DNA of 64,000 nt from a virus. Lineage: Duplodnaviria; Caudoviricetes. Location: the IMG/VR virus record IMGVR_UViG_3300017914_002346. One strand, written 5' to 3'. The notes under the pieces are model-generated. The model ran no database searches. It was given only the letters and a program-made list of their open reading frames with translations, and was not told the DNA's origin. This document shows, piece by piece, positions 8,714 through 17,869 of this stretch. Positions within the stretch are counted from its first letter, which is position 1. Each line of letters starts with the position of its first letter. The position numbers and the translations under genes are program-made.

Positions 8714-9885
8714 ACAACACTCCTAATTAATTTACTAACAGCTTTGATCTTATCAGTTAAATCGACACAATCATTACCAATAAAGAAACCGTTATCGTGA
8801 ATATAGTCGGCGTTAGGACAGTCTGTCTTAATATGATTGAGATGATCAATAACTGGGTTTCTCATAAAGTTACCAGCAACAATAGGTCTACATTCAACAC
8901 CTTGCGCTTGTAATGCATCAATAACTTCTCTTCTTCTACCTTCAAGGTTACCCATACAAGTTAAACCGAAACCGAACCAGCTGCTTTGTCCGATTTCGCT
9001 TTGTAAATGCATATGAGTAGAGTGTAACTCTTCTTGAGCAACAAGAGCGTTCTGTCTTCTCATCTTAAGCATCTCAGGCCATTTCTTCAATTGCTCTTGA
9101 CCTACAGCACCAGACATTTCCAATGGTCTAACTGTATAACCCGGAAGAACAAACTTAAAACTATCTTCAAAAGGGTCACCTGTTTTATCTAATAAACTAT
9201 TTTCATTAGGTAGATCTCTAATCCAACCATGCGCTCTCAGAGGAAGTAAATACTCATATAAGTCATCATCATCTGTAACTACCATACCACCTTCCATAGT
9301 CTGTAGATGATGACTAAAGAAGAAACTAAAGGTACCCATTCTACCAAACGTAGCACATTGTTGACCGTTAAGTTTAGCACCTAGACTCTCACAATTATCT
9401 TCTAGCAATACAAGGTCATGTTGATTACATAAAGCTCTTAAGTCTTCTAAAGGACATGGATTACCTAGAAGGTTAACAGCGAAAACACCCACTGTGTACT
9501 CATCAATATTTTTTTCCACTGTCTGTACATCTAGATTATAAGTAAAAGGATTTACATCAACAAACTTAAGATCAAAATCATTTTGATGCACAGGAAAATA
9601 AGTAGTAGACCAACTAACAGCAGGTACTATAATATTAGGTTTAGCCTTACCTCTTACTTCTGTATTAAACTTAGGATGTAATTTAAGTGCAGATAGCATA
9701 ATAAGATTAGCAGATGAACCACTATTAGTCATAACTGCATGTTTAGTGCCAAAGAAGTCGGCAAACTGTCTTTCATATTCTTTTACTTCAGGTCCCATTG
9801 TGTATCGGCCCGAATCAATAACTCTATGTAACGCAGCTATCTCAGCTGAGTCCCAAGTGTCGCTTGATAAACCATAATTAATCAT
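8710..9885 (-). CDS. colD: GDP-4-keto-6-deoxy-D-mannose 3-dehydratase (ColD-type PLP enzyme, DegT family)
   Basis: DegT-family motifs with His in place of the Schiff-base Lys (FSFFFSHHLQTMEGG), plus VPAVSWSTTY, EDNCES, RAHGW.R.LP, FKFVLPGY.VRPLEMSGA, ECRPIV.GNF as recalled for ColD. Confidence 0.85.
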   Translation of the reverse strand: MINYGLSSDTWDSAEIAALHRVIDSGRYTMGPEVKEYERQFADFFGTKHAVMTNSGSSANLIMLSALKLHPKFNTEVRGKAKPNIIVPAVSWSTTYFPVHQNDFDLKFVDVNPFTYNLDVQTVEKNIDEYTVGVFAVNLLGNPCPLEDLRALCNQHDLVLLEDNCESLGAKLNGQQCATFGRMGTFSFFFSHHLQTMEGGMVVTDDDDLYEYLLPLRAHGWIRDLPNENSLLDKTGDPFEDSFKFVLPGYTVRPLEMSGAVGQEQLKKWPEMLKMRRQNALVAQEELHSTHMHLQSEIGQSSWFGFGLTCMGNLEGRRREVIDALQAQGVECRPIVAGNFMRNPVIDHLNHIKTDCPNADYIHDNGFFIGNDCVDLTDKIKAVSKLIRSVV

Positions 9886-10504
9886 ATACTACCTCTATGC
9901 TATTCTTCACATCTCTATACTGGTTAATTTTTTTAATTAGATCAAAGTCAGGTTTAAACACTTTCATAATCTTCTCGATGGTTTTAACTTTAGGTTTTGC
10001 TTTTCTATTTCTAGAAGCGTTTACCCCTGTACTTTTTAATTTGACTTTAATAAGGTTATGCTCTTCACAAAACATATCTAAATCTTCTTGTAAATTTTCT
10101 ACTCTAAGCAAATTTTCTACAGGCAAATCTTTAACCCATTCAGATTGAGTAAGTACACCAAATCTTTGTACAAGTATATTATAACCTTTCCCTTCAATAA
10201 AGTCATCAAAGGTTTTAAACTTTTTTACAGATAGTTCTATCTTAGATCTTTGCGCATGAAAGCCAGCGAAGTAATAATAACTTTGCAGCCAGTCAATAGG
10301 ATTTCTTATTGTAGCAAAGAAGTAATCAAAATTATCTAAATTATAATCTTCTAAATGAAAATGAACTGTATTTTTAACACCTCTTTTTGGTCTTCCTCTA
10401 GATTTAGGAGGAATGTATAGCCCGTGATCAGATAAGGTGTTACGAATAGTTCTACCAGCAGTCTTAGGAATGTGAATAAAACCAACTCTATTAAAATTAT
10501 TCAA
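9878..10504 (-). CDS. Sulfotransferase family protein
   Basis: FIHIPKTAG 5'-PSB loop and IRNP.DW..SYY 3'-PB motif. Confidence 0.8.
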   Translation of the reverse strand: MNNFNRVGFIHIPKTAGRTIRNTLSDHGLYIPPKSRGRPKRGVKNTVHFHLEDYNLDNFDYFFATIRNPIDWLQSYYYFAGFHAQRSKIELSVKKFKTFDDFIEGKGYNILVQRFGVLTQSEWVKDLPVENLLRVENLQEDLDMFCEEHNLIKVKLKSTGVNASRNRKAKPKVKTIEKIMKVFKPDFDLIKKINQYRDVKNSIEVVYD

Positions 10505-11444
10505 GACCTGCTCTTTGTAAATAATAAATTAACCAGTTAGGATCAGCCATTTCATCGACTGTCCAACTAGTATATGCCCAATCGTTAAGGTATTGTTCTC
10601 TTTCATTCCAGTCTACAGTTTCTAGATAATTCAACTTACTAAAATCATGCATGCAAGCATCATAAACTACACATCTTTCATCTAGCGCAATTGTTGGAAT
10701 GCCTTCTGTTAGAGCTTCACATGCAGCAGATGAGCTATGTGTTACTACTACACCTGCATTCTTAATAGACTCAATTACTGACATTCTATTTTTATCAGCA
10801 CGTTCTATAACTATATCTTCATAACCATCAGCTATCATCTCTGTTGGATTTCTATCTAAGTTAGGATGAGCTCTTAATATAATTTTTCTATCAGTATTAG
10901 ACCTAATTTGTTTAACTATATTTCTAGCCCATGCATAGAAGGGAAGATGCTCATCATACTGCCACCCTCTCTCTGATTGCAACAAGAATAAAATAGGAGC
11001 TTTATTGTCTATCTTAGGTTCTTTTTCTGTAAAACCAAAAGCTTCTTTCATCCATTCATATCTTTGCGAGTCAGAATTCTTATTGAGAAAATCTCCGGTA
11101 CCTACACAATCACCATACCCCACTCTAAACATAAAAGTTTCTGAACTACTCATTGCATTTCTAATGTAAGTAGAGAACAATGCTGAGTCAAGAGAGAAGA
11201 TAGGTATACCTTTGTCTCTATGTCTTTGTATAGAAATAGCTCTTTCTGTATCCATTTTACGTTTAGTAATAGAACCAAACACAAATACAACATCCGGATC
11301 TTCGTGAACTATTTCATGACCTGCTCCTTCAATAGAAGCTTGTATAGCATGAAAAGCTGCTGTAATCGGATTAGAAAGAATGTGGCGTTTGCTAGCCTTT
11401 ATAGTTGAGAAATCGCATTGAATTTTCATAACATATACCTTCAC
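10497..11444 (-). CDS. Putative glycosyltransferase, KpsS/KpsC-like
   Basis: TDRKIILRAHP...VVTHSSSAACEALTEGIPTI...REQYLNDWAY; start may be 11429. Confidence 0.55.
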   Translation of the reverse strand: MKVYVMKIQCDFSTIKASKRHILSNPITAAFHAIQASIEGAGHEIVHEDPDVVFVFGSITKRKMDTERAISIQRHRDKGIPIFSLDSALFSTYIRNAMSSSETFMFRVGYGDCVGTGDFLNKNSDSQRYEWMKEAFGFTEKEPKIDNKAPILFLLQSERGWQYDEHLPFYAWARNIVKQIRSNTDRKIILRAHPNLDRNPTEMIADGYEDIVIERADKNRMSVIESIKNAGVVVTHSSSAACEALTEGIPTIALDERCVVYDACMHDFSKLNYLETVDWNEREQYLNDWAYTSWTVDEMADPNWLIYYLQRAGLE

Positions 11445-12213
11445 GCATTTCTTTTATAGAGTATTGTTTGTAAGCTAAATTATAAAAGAGATGCTCTCTA
11501 TCGTATTTATAAGGATTTTCTATATCGGAAAGATTCCAATTTGTACACCAGGCAGAAGGAGCATACTGAGAAGTACCAAAAACAGGAACACCATAGGCCA
11601 GCGCATCAACTGCACATAACGATCCGCTAACGACAACAGCATGACAGTTATCAAGATCGGACTCAAGAGAAGTATCAGCAACGCTAGGACCGCTAGTGCC
11701 GCGTTTTCTAGGCTTAAGACGGACTTTAATTGGCCTTTTTGTATATTTTTTAATTTCTGCAGATGTTTTCTTAACCCACTCATCTACGTTACCTCCATGC
11801 ATGTAGAAAGTCATAGTCTCTGAAGAAGGACATAATAGAATATGTTCACCGTCATTTTTCCATGGCTCAATTTTTCTATTCCAGTTTTCAAATCTATCAG
11901 CTGGTACATCAAGCTTTCTATTATCATGTAAAGACTGATAACACCATCTCCAATATGTATTATCCCAATCTACATTATTAGGATCATATCTTCCATTATA
12001 GGGCATATCACAAAAGATAAAATCACCTTGCATGTAAAGCATATTGTTGCCAATTAGGCCCCATAAAACATATCTATCAAAATCGTGAGAGTTAGTTGTT
12101 GCACCAGGCCAACCTTTTTCTAGTGCTGCGTATATTTTTTCCATCTTAGGAGATGGTCTTGGCATTATTAGACTTAATCTTTCAACCAAATTTTGCTGCA
12201 TAAGCTTCTTCAA
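11392..12213 (-). CDS. Putative glycosyltransferase, KpsS/KpsC-like
   Basis: TKRPIKVRLKP...CHAVVVSGSLCAVDALAYGVPVF...REHLFYNLAY; true start probably near 12165-12189. Confidence 0.5.
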   Translation of the reverse strand: MKKLMQQNLVERLSLIMPRPSPKMEKIYAALEKGWPGATTNSHDFDRYVLWGLIGNNMLYMQGDFIFCDMPYNGRYDPNNVDWDNTYWRWCYQSLHDNRKLDVPADRFENWNRKIEPWKNDGEHILLCPSSETMTFYMHGGNVDEWVKKTSAEIKKYTKRPIKVRLKPRKRGTSGPSVADTSLESDLDNCHAVVVSGSLCAVDALAYGVPVFGTSQYAPSAWCTNWNLSDIENPYKYDREHLFYNLAYKQYSIKEMREGICYENSMRFLNYKG

Positions 12214-12379
12214 AACCTTCTTCGTAGATATATGTTTCTTCGTTATACCAAGTACGTCTTACATAACCATCATAACATTGTTCTGCTATTTCATCAGTTG
12301 TAATATAACCTTTGACAATCCAGAACATTTTATGCATCTCTTTATGACTTACCAGAGATGTTTTTTTAGTCTCTGCCAT
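12182..12379 (-). CDS. Small hypothetical protein
   Basis: 65-aa ORF filling the gap between two transferase genes on the operon strand. Confidence 0.6.
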   Translation of the reverse strand: MAETKKTSLVSHKEMHKMFWIVKGYITTDEIAEQCYDGYVRRTWYNEETYIYEEGFEEAYAAKFG

Positions 12380-13203
12380 GGAATACCTTTAGCAATTTCA
12401 TCAGGCCACCATTCAATATGAACTAATTCTTTTAACCATTGTGTTCTGTCTTCTTGAGGTGGTGCAGTTAAGTCAGCCCAACTTCTCATAGACATAGGAT
12501 AAGCAAATGATTGTGTACCTGTAAACGTGTATACACCATTTATTGTAGCTTCTATAGCTGGATTGGAAGAATGATTAACTAGGCAATAACTTCTATCTAA
12601 GATGTCTTTAAAGTTAAAATTATCTTCTACACCGGTATGCCTGGGAGTGTCGAAGAACACATCCCTATTTTCTCTAGCAATTCTATGAAAGTCTGTAATT
12701 CTGTCTCTAGGATGGGGTCTGATGACGATGTCTTTATCGCTATATTCTCTAATATTTGTAATAGCGTTCTGTACATATGTTTCAACTGTTGGCATTGTAG
12801 ACCATTGATGAGAGTCTGGTCGTTGTGTAGCGATTGTAATAAATTGTCCATCTTCTATCCACGGTTTAAGTTTAATGCCAAACTTATCTACTCTATCTTC
12901 GATAAGATCTTCTTTATTTGCAAAATTGGCACCGTTGTTAATACCACCGATGCCAACACGCCAAGTTTCATTTCTTTTGAGAGCGCCTACTTCAATAACT
13001 ATTATAGGTTTGCCGCGGCTATTGTAATGTTCCCATACTTGTTTGTTGGGCGCCATTCTACCTGCGAATAGTATTGACCAGATGACTGCAACGTCTGCTT
13101 CCATGTCGTTCCATACGACATGTTCGTCACATCCTTCTGCGAAGGCGTCAAAGATTGGAGGAGAGTTAAGAGCTCCGTACTGACTAAAGAGTGATACACG
13201 CAT
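12349..13203 (-). CDS. Putative glycosyltransferase, KpsS/KpsC-like
   Basis: SDKDIVIRPHP...LVNHSSNPAIEATINGVYTF...RTQWLKEL. Confidence 0.55.
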   Translation of the reverse strand: MRVSLFSQYGALNSPPIFDAFAEGCDEHVVWNDMEADVAVIWSILFAGRMAPNKQVWEHYNSRGKPIIVIEVGALKRNETWRVGIGGINNGANFANKEDLIEDRVDKFGIKLKPWIEDGQFITIATQRPDSHQWSTMPTVETYVQNAITNIREYSDKDIVIRPHPRDRITDFHRIARENRDVFFDTPRHTGVEDNFNFKDILDRSYCLVNHSSNPAIEATINGVYTFTGTQSFAYPMSMRSWADLTAPPQEDRTQWLKELVHIEWWPDEIAKGIPWQRLKKHLW

Positions 13204-13217
13204 ACAGTCATTATAGA

Positions 13218-14528
13218 CTACTTAGGATAATTTTTCAGATTAACGATAGTTTTTCTTTGTTTATCTAAAGGATCAGATGCTAATTTAGCTCCACCTTTGC
13301 CATCTGATGCTGGGTCGCCTTTCTTAAGTTGACCTGATCTAGTAAAGTATGTACCTGGAGGTGCTTCTTTAGTCTCTTTTCGTAATGTAGGTCTATTATC
13401 ATCTTGCTTTTGCATTGCTGCGATACGTTCTTTTGATGCACCTGTTTTTACTTTACCACTATCAACAGCTTTTTTAGTAAAAGCGTCTTCATCTACATCA
13501 TCATTTATACTTTTACCTTTATAAAAATCATGTGTCATTCTCTTAACTTTAGGATTAGGAATTTTTAGATTTTTAAGTTTAGGGTCTTGAATAAACTTCT
13601 TCTTAGGAGTTTCTTCTATATCTTCTTTCATTGCATGCTGTTTTTCATGATTGCTCATAATTCTGTCTAATGAGTTTTGACCCAAGTGAGCGTTCTTCTT
13701 ATACACTTCTGCAGCTGCTTTAGCTTTTTCTTTTGAGTCATAATGTGCAGAACTCAAGTAAGAAGTTTTACTACCTTTTTTAAGATGTGCTCTATATGCA
13801 CCTTTCTTAAACTGGCTAGCTTCAGCACCTGCTTTGTATTCCATAAGCTCTTCTTCTGTCATTGAAAAGATATTAGTATCTAAAGTTTCATCAACTTTAT
13901 TTTTTGCCATATTGAGACGCTTAACTGTTTCTCTAAAAGACTTAGTACGGCCATCAATCTTATCTTCCTTGATACCTAGTCTCTTCATATACATAGTCTT
14001 TGTATGCTTAGGCATCCCTTGTAGTAAAAGTTTTACGTTATCTTCTTCACCTGTCTTCATCATATCTTTAAAAGTTTTAAGAACTTTTTGATCGATACCT
14101 TCGGCTACTTTTGAAATAGGAACATGTTTCTTTTCTTCATTAGCTTGTAGCTTTGCAGCAATAGCCATTTGACGTCTCTTAGCTTTTGACTTACCATCGA
14201 ACTGAGGTGCGTCTGACTTATAGAAGTCATCAATTACATCACCCATATCTGCTTTTTTCATATTCATCTTTTCTACTAAGAAAGGATTATCACCTGTAAG
14301 TACAGAAACTTCATCCATGTCTTCACTCCTTAACATATTCCATCTAGCGTGTTGCATATAGTTGTCACCAAACTCTGCTTCTGCATCTTGGTTTGAAATA
14401 GGAACAACTTCATCTACGTTACCATCACCAAACATTCTTTTAGCACGTTTACTAGCTTTTGATCTAGTATAATCGTGTAACAGAACACCTGGTTGGTCGT
14501 TATGCATACGTACGTAAAATAATTTCAT
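13218..14528 (-). CDS. Lys/Glu-rich late protein, possible internal head protein
   Basis: Late promoter 4 nt upstream; charged modular sequence with modules ending in xxE (e.g. DDFYKSDAPQFDGKSK..RRQMAIAA, KIDGRTKSFRE). Confidence 0.5.
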   Translation of the reverse strand: MKLFYVRMHNDQPGVLLHDYTRSKASKRAKRMFGDGNVDEVVPISNQDAEAEFGDNYMQHARWNMLRSEDMDEVSVLTGDNPFLVEKMNMKKADMGDVIDDFYKSDAPQFDGKSKAKRRQMAIAAKLQANEEKKHVPISKVAEGIDQKVLKTFKDMMKTGEEDNVKLLLQGMPKHTKTMYMKRLGIKEDKIDGRTKSFRETVKRLNMAKNKVDETLDTNIFSMTEEELMEYKAGAEASQFKKGAYRAHLKKGSKTSYLSSAHYDSKEKAKAAAEVYKKNAHLGQNSLDRIMSNHEKQHAMKEDIEETPKKKFIQDPKLKNLKIPNPKVKRMTHDFYKGKSINDDVDEDAFTKKAVDSGKVKTGASKERIAAMQKQDDNRPTLRKETKEAPPGTYFTRSGQLKKGDPASDGKGGAKLASDPLDKQRKTIVNLKNYPK

Positions 14529-14532
14529 ATGT

Positions 14533-14540
14533 TATTTATT
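14533..14540 (-). promoter_or_regulatory. T4-type late promoter
   Basis: AATAAATA, 1 mismatch to TATAAATA, 4 nt before the ATG. Confidence 0.6.
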
Positions 14541-16242
14541 ATTTTTTAGAGTCTTTTATTTTCGAGAAGTTGCCGTCTTTATAGAACTCAATTAGTGACT
14601 TGAATCGATCACCGTTTTGACTCTTATGAGAGATAACAAACACGTTAGTCTTATCTAACCCACCTAGAATATCCCATAACACATCCGTAGCTTCTGCATC
14701 AAGAGAACTATCACCTACTTCATCCATAATAAGTAGATTAGTATTGACACTATTCTTTAACTTAGCAATCTCGCGCCAAGTAAACATTAGCGCTAAGTCA
14801 ATACGCATCTTCTCACCTTCAGAAAACGAAGCATATGAGAAAGTATCTCTATATCTAGACTTAATAACTTCATTAAACGATTCATCTAGATGGAACGAAT
14901 AATTGGCACCCATACGATCTAAGTATTGATTAATCAATTGATTCATTACGGGTAGGTATTGTTTGATAATCTTAGCCTTAATACCATCATCTTTCAATAA
15001 GATCTTACAGATTTCATAGTAGTGTTTTAACTCTACTAACTCATGACCTTCTTTCTCAAGTGTCTTAAACTCTTTATCTAATACATCTAGTTCTTCTTGA
15101 GCTTGTTTAAGAGATTGTTCGTCTGATTCTTCAGTACGCGAGTTAAGATTACCATATAAAGTATACAAAGCTTTGCGTTGATTAACATGATCTTTTCTCA
15201 ACTCTATTAGAGAGTTATACTGTTCTTTAATATCATTAGCATGTGTAATCTTTTCTTCTAGTTTACTATACGCGTCTAGTACTATAGGTTTTAAACTTTC
15301 TAACTTATCTGCTTCTGTACGTAACGCAACTAATTGCTCTTCTTTAATAGAAGAGTCTATATCTTGTCTACATACATGACAGTTATCATTCGATTCATAG
15401 AACTCTATTCTACTATCTACGTTCTTTCTTTTTTCTTTTATCTCAAAGCCTTTAAACTTAGCAGCTGATAACTTATCATTTAACTCATCTGTATCAATAA
15501 GTTCAATCTGATTAATTTCACTATCTGTTTCTGCAATCTTAGACTCGATAAGACTAATCTGACCATCAATCTTATTCTTCTCTTGTAATATCTTTTCTTC
15601 TGATTCTTTAGATCTATTTACTAGGTTATTAATAAGACCTTTTTGACCTGATATCTTAGTCTTAGCTATCTCTTTCTGATACTCATTCTCTTTTATGTCG
15701 AGTTCAGTATTTTGCATCTTAGTTTTTAAGATAGTATTCATCTTAGAGAAAACAGTAATATCTAATATCTCTTCGATAATAACTCTACGGTCATTAGTAG
15801 TTAAGTCCATAAACGATTGATATCTAGCAGAACCTAGAATAACAATCTGTGTAAATGCTTTATAGTTAAGACCTATAATATCTTCTAGTTTCTTTTGATA
15901 GTCCTTGATAGCAGCATCATGAGGTATAAGTTTTTCATTTCTGTATATCTCAAACTTATTGGGTTTAACACCTCTAACTACTTTATAGTCTACTTCATTA
16001 ACCGTAAACTCGACTTGTACTTCTAAGCCTTTCTCGTTTACAGTATTCATAAGTTGTGGTTTACTAATGTTACGATAAGGTTTACCAAACACACCAAAAC
16101 ATAACGCATCTAAGATAGTAGATTTACCTGAACCATTTTGACCAGTAATAAGAACCGAAGGTACTCTATTCAATAGAATAACGTTCGGTGTGTTACCAGT
16201 AGAAAGAAAGTTCTTATAGGAGACTGTCTTAAAAGTAATCAT
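14539..16242 (-). CDS. gp46: Recombination endonuclease ATPase subunit (Rad50/SbcC-like)
   Basis: YKNFLSTGN, GQNGSGKST, CxxC hook (CHVC), FSEGEKMRIDL, LLIMDE. Confidence 0.95.
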   Translation of the reverse strand: MITFKTVSYKNFLSTGNTPNVILLNRVPSVLITGQNGSGKSTILDALCFGVFGKPYRNISKPQLMNTVNEKGLEVQVEFTVNEVDYKVVRGVKPNKFEIYRNEKLIPHDAAIKDYQKKLEDIIGLNYKAFTQIVILGSARYQSFMDLTTNDRRVIIEEILDITVFSKMNTILKTKMQNTELDIKENEYQKEIAKTKISGQKGLINNLVNRSKESEEKILQEKNKIDGQISLIESKIAETDSEINQIELIDTDELNDKLSAAKFKGFEIKEKRKNVDSRIEFYESNDNCHVCRQDIDSSIKEEQLVALRTEADKLESLKPIVLDAYSKLEEKITHANDIKEQYNSLIELRKDHVNQRKALYTLYGNLNSRTEESDEQSLKQAQEELDVLDKEFKTLEKEGHELVELKHYYEICKILLKDDGIKAKIIKQYLPVMNQLINQYLDRMGANYSFHLDESFNEVIKSRYRDTFSYASFSEGEKMRIDLALMFTWREIAKLKNSVNTNLLIMDEVGDSSLDAEATDVLWDILGGLDKTNVFVISHKSQNGDRFKSLIEFYKDGNFSKIKDSKK

Positions 16243-17273
16243 ACATCCATACTCATAGCTTCATCATATATTTCTATCATAAGCTTTTTTATTGATTCTT
16301 TATTATTTTGTGTAGCCACATCATCAATATAATCTTGTATAAGATCAGTAGTAGAGGAGACTGTAATAAGGTCTCTAACATTCTCTTGATTATATTCTTC
16401 GAATGATTCTACTATCTTAACTTCAAACGGTGCTTGAAAATTAACCTTATCTACAAAACGTTCAAAGTCTTCGAAGCTTGTCTTCTTCTTAATATTAATC
16501 TTAACATATGAATCGTTTAGTTGTTCTAGTGGATAGTCACAGCCGTCATTCCAAGTTAATCTATGGAAGTAACGATATGTATTCTCAATAAACTCCCAAG
16601 AACGATCCGTAGTGTCAAAGATCCAAAACCCTTGTTTAACTAGAGCATCAGTCCACATTAACTGATAAGGTATACCAATATAGTGTATATTTTCTATTTT
16701 ATTTTGTGCATGATAGTGACCGGATATAACTTCTTTCCAGTTCTTAAACTGAGTGGGTTTATAGCCATCGTCAGATAATCTACCAGGGAATAAAACTGCA
16801 CCTTGAGTCTCTAAATGACCCACTAATAAGTCCCCACCTTTGTTAATGACTTCTGTTATCTCTTCATAGTTCTCTTTACATACCCAAGGAATGAAAGTAA
16901 TATCAATACCATCAAAGTTAATTACCTTTGCTTCACTATAATAGTTCATATGAGGTTCAGTAAGTATCTGTTGAGGTGAGTTCATATTAAGTGAATGACG
17001 CAAAGGGATATCATGATTACCAATAATACCATGAACAGTAACACCTAACTCAGCAGCCACATCTACAAAAACTCTCTTTTGAAAAGACATCGTCTGTAGA
17101 TTAATCCATTTGCGGTTATCAAAATAATCACCAGTTTGTATTACTGTCTTAATATTATGTTCTTTAATATAAGGCCAGAATATTTTGTCTAAGAATAACT
17201 CTTGATGTCTTTGAATAACTTGATTAGAGTTACGACACCCGAAATGAGTGTCGCCTAAGAACGCAATTTTCAT
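16239..17273 (-). CDS. gp47: Recombination endonuclease nuclease subunit (Mre11/SbcD-like)
   Basis: DTHFG, GDYFDNRK, GNHD, GHLE, SGHYH phosphoesterase motifs; next to gp46. Confidence 0.95.
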   Translation of the reverse strand: MKIAFLGDTHFGCRNSNQVIQRHQELFLDKIFWPYIKEHNIKTVIQTGDYFDNRKWINLQTMSFQKRVFVDVAAELGVTVHGIIGNHDIPLRHSLNMNSPQQILTEPHMNYYSEAKVINFDGIDITFIPWVCKENYEEITEVINKGGDLLVGHLETQGAVLFPGRLSDDGYKPTQFKNWKEVISGHYHAQNKIENIHYIGIPYQLMWTDALVKQGFWIFDTTDRSWEFIENTYRYFHRLTWNDGCDYPLEQLNDSYVKINIKKKTSFEDFERFVDKVNFQAPFEVKIVESFEEYNQENVRDLITVSSTTDLIQDYIDDVATQNNKESIKKLMIEIYDEAMSMDV

Positions 17274-17869
17274 TTTTTACCTTTCTTTGGTCTTAGTGGT
17301 GTACCACCTTTGTATGCTTCTCTTGACTCTTTTGTATAACCTGTACGTAAAGAAAAACCACCTTTACCTTTTTCTACTTTCTGGTTTTGTAGTTCATCTA
17401 GTTTTTGATCTGCAATAGCTCTTGCATGCTCATTTGCTACGTCATGAAATTCATTACTATCGATAACATTTACTTCTGCTTCCTGAATAAGTCTAAGGTT
17501 AAGTTCATACTTCTTTTTCTCATTCTTAATAGTCTGAATCATATGACTGAATAGTATTTGTGTTACATATGCAAACCCGTTGTCAAAACGTTCTCCATCG
17601 AAGCGGTACATATATTTCATAGCACCTAGAATAGCATTTTGTACCATTTCATCTCTATACATATAACCCTTAAAGCGAGGTGTAAGAGATAATCTATTAG
17701 ACATTTTATATACACACTCACCTAAGTAACGAGACATAACAGGTCGTTCTTTACCCTCTGCTAATGCCTTCTTACATTGCTGAGCATACTCATCTAATGC
17801 TAAAGTAAAGTCATGATTATTAACATAATGCTCGTCACCGGGCTTTTGTCTAGTTCTTTTTTGTGTCAT
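17270..17869 (-). CDS. gp55: Late-transcription sigma factor
   Basis: HYVNN..F..AL, YLGEC..K, P.F.GYMYRDEMV, FAYVTQI; T4-like synteny. Confidence 0.92.
   Translation of the reverse strand: MTQKRTRQKPGDEHYVNNHDFTLALDEYAQQCKKALAEGKERPVMSRYLGECVYKMSNRLSLTPRFKGYMYRDEMVQNAILGAMKYMYRFDGERFDNGFAYVTQILFSHMIQTIKNEKKKYELNLRLIQEAEVNVIDSNEFHDVANEHARAIADQKLDELQNQKVEKGKGGFSLRTGYTKESREAYKGGTPLRPKKGKK

Noticed and set aside
8710-9885. Perosamine synthase/aminotransferase call
   Set aside because: The catalytic Lys position is His (SHH), the signature of the 3-dehydratase subgroup
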